A stretch of DNA of 64,000 nucleotides from Sphaerodactylus townsendi. Lineage: Eukaryota. The notes below the pieces were generated by a model. It worked only from the letters and a program-made list of their open reading frames with translations. It made no database searches and was not told the origin of the DNA. Position 1 is the stretch's first letter; the number at the start of each line of letters is the position of its first letter. This document shows positions 63,236 through 64,000 of the stretch, piece by piece. The stretch covers positions 81,530,001-81,594,000 of the forward strand of contig NC_059429.1 in the NCBI RefSeq assembly GCF_021028975.2. The letters are read 5' to 3'. The position numbers and the translations under genes are program-made.

Positions 63236-64000
63236 GCACAGACTGATTCAATGCTTTTATTGGCCTGGAATAGGAAGAATTGTGGCAGACTTCTAAAAGA
63301 CTGTGATGTTTGCCATGGGACAGATGTTTGCCAAGGGACAGAACTGAAACAAAACTGCAGACTCTGCCTATTATAGACATATCATTTATGAGAGTGTCAA
63401 ATCATTGGTCCATTAAATAAGCCCACGAAGAGAGGACACAGAAGCATCTTCACACTAGTTTGCTTCACTACAAGACAAGTGGTGCCTTTGAGTGATATCA
63501 GGGCTTTCACTGTAGCAGATGCCCTGCTGTCTCTTTTCTTCAGACTTGGTTTTACTAATCAGACTGTAAGTGACGTTGAAATTTCCTTTATGCCCACCCT
63601 AATGCAGTGGCTTTGGCAGGGCCGAAGCGTGGGGAAACTGTGCCCAGGGCACTCATGCACCCTGCACCCCTACCACACCCCTGCCCATCCCAGAATTCCC
63701 CACCATACTCTGGAACACCCCCAGAATGCCCACACCATGCCCCCACCACACTCTCACACCATGCCCAGTGCATCACGCACCTCCCCCCAGCCGCCCCCTT
63801 GGCGCTACGCCATTGGGCTTTGGGCCATGGGTAGCATGAAACATGTGACTTCCATCCCATATCATCCAGAAATGAATTGCTTAATAGAAAGGTTCGATGG
63901 AACTCTGGGGAGGATGATCAAATCATACATTGCAACACATCCAAATGACTGGGACACCTACAACACCTTCTGTTTGCCTACAGAAAAGACCTATAGGAGA
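63236..64000 (+). mobile_element. Ty3/Gypsy integrase relic, running off the right edge
   Basis: FYWPGIGRIVADF..DCDVC, LPII, FRLGF...SD, SIPYHPEMNCLIERFDGTLGRMI...DWD...LLFAYR. Confidence 0.88.
63617..63815. mobile_element. hAT MITE nested in the Gypsy integrase
   Basis: Perfect 8-bp TSD ggctttgg (63609-63616 and 63816-63823); CAGGGC / GCCATTG ends. Confidence 0.9.

Overview
Repeat-dense vertebrate DNA, most likely a squamate reptile and probably a gecko. This is inferred from the repeat complement: Squam3-like tRNA SINEs, 5S-derived Sauria-type SINEs, L2, CR1, RTE, Penelope, DIRS, hAT and Harbinger MITEs. I could not identify any intact host protein-coding gene, and nearly all ORF-track entries are chance ORFs or TE relics. 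Retroelements: the 3' half of a degenerate class I endogenous retrovirus (RT, RNase H, partial IN, ERV3-like env TM, PPT, 3' LTR; 1-3953), L2 relics, an RTE LINE split by a CR1, three solo LTRs with 5-bp TSDs, a DIRS tyrosine-recombinase relic with its methyltransferase-like domain, Penelope-like elements with hammerhead-ribozyme relics, and a Gypsy integrase fragment at the right edge. DNA elements: Helitron-type 3' ends and many hAT/Harbinger MITEs with clean TSDs. Possible host-functional sequence: one CpG island (~33.9-34.3 kb) that looks like a minus-strand first exon, a splice-site-flanked non-coding segment with an RFX X-box (20339-20550), and a few enhancer-like blocks. The most unusual structural signal is a Harbinger-like MITE family whose 134-bp internal hairpin shows arm-to-arm compensatory changes across three copies. 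I see no convincing new multi-gene system. Boundaries without a TSD are approximate, and family names come from motif recognition, not database searches.
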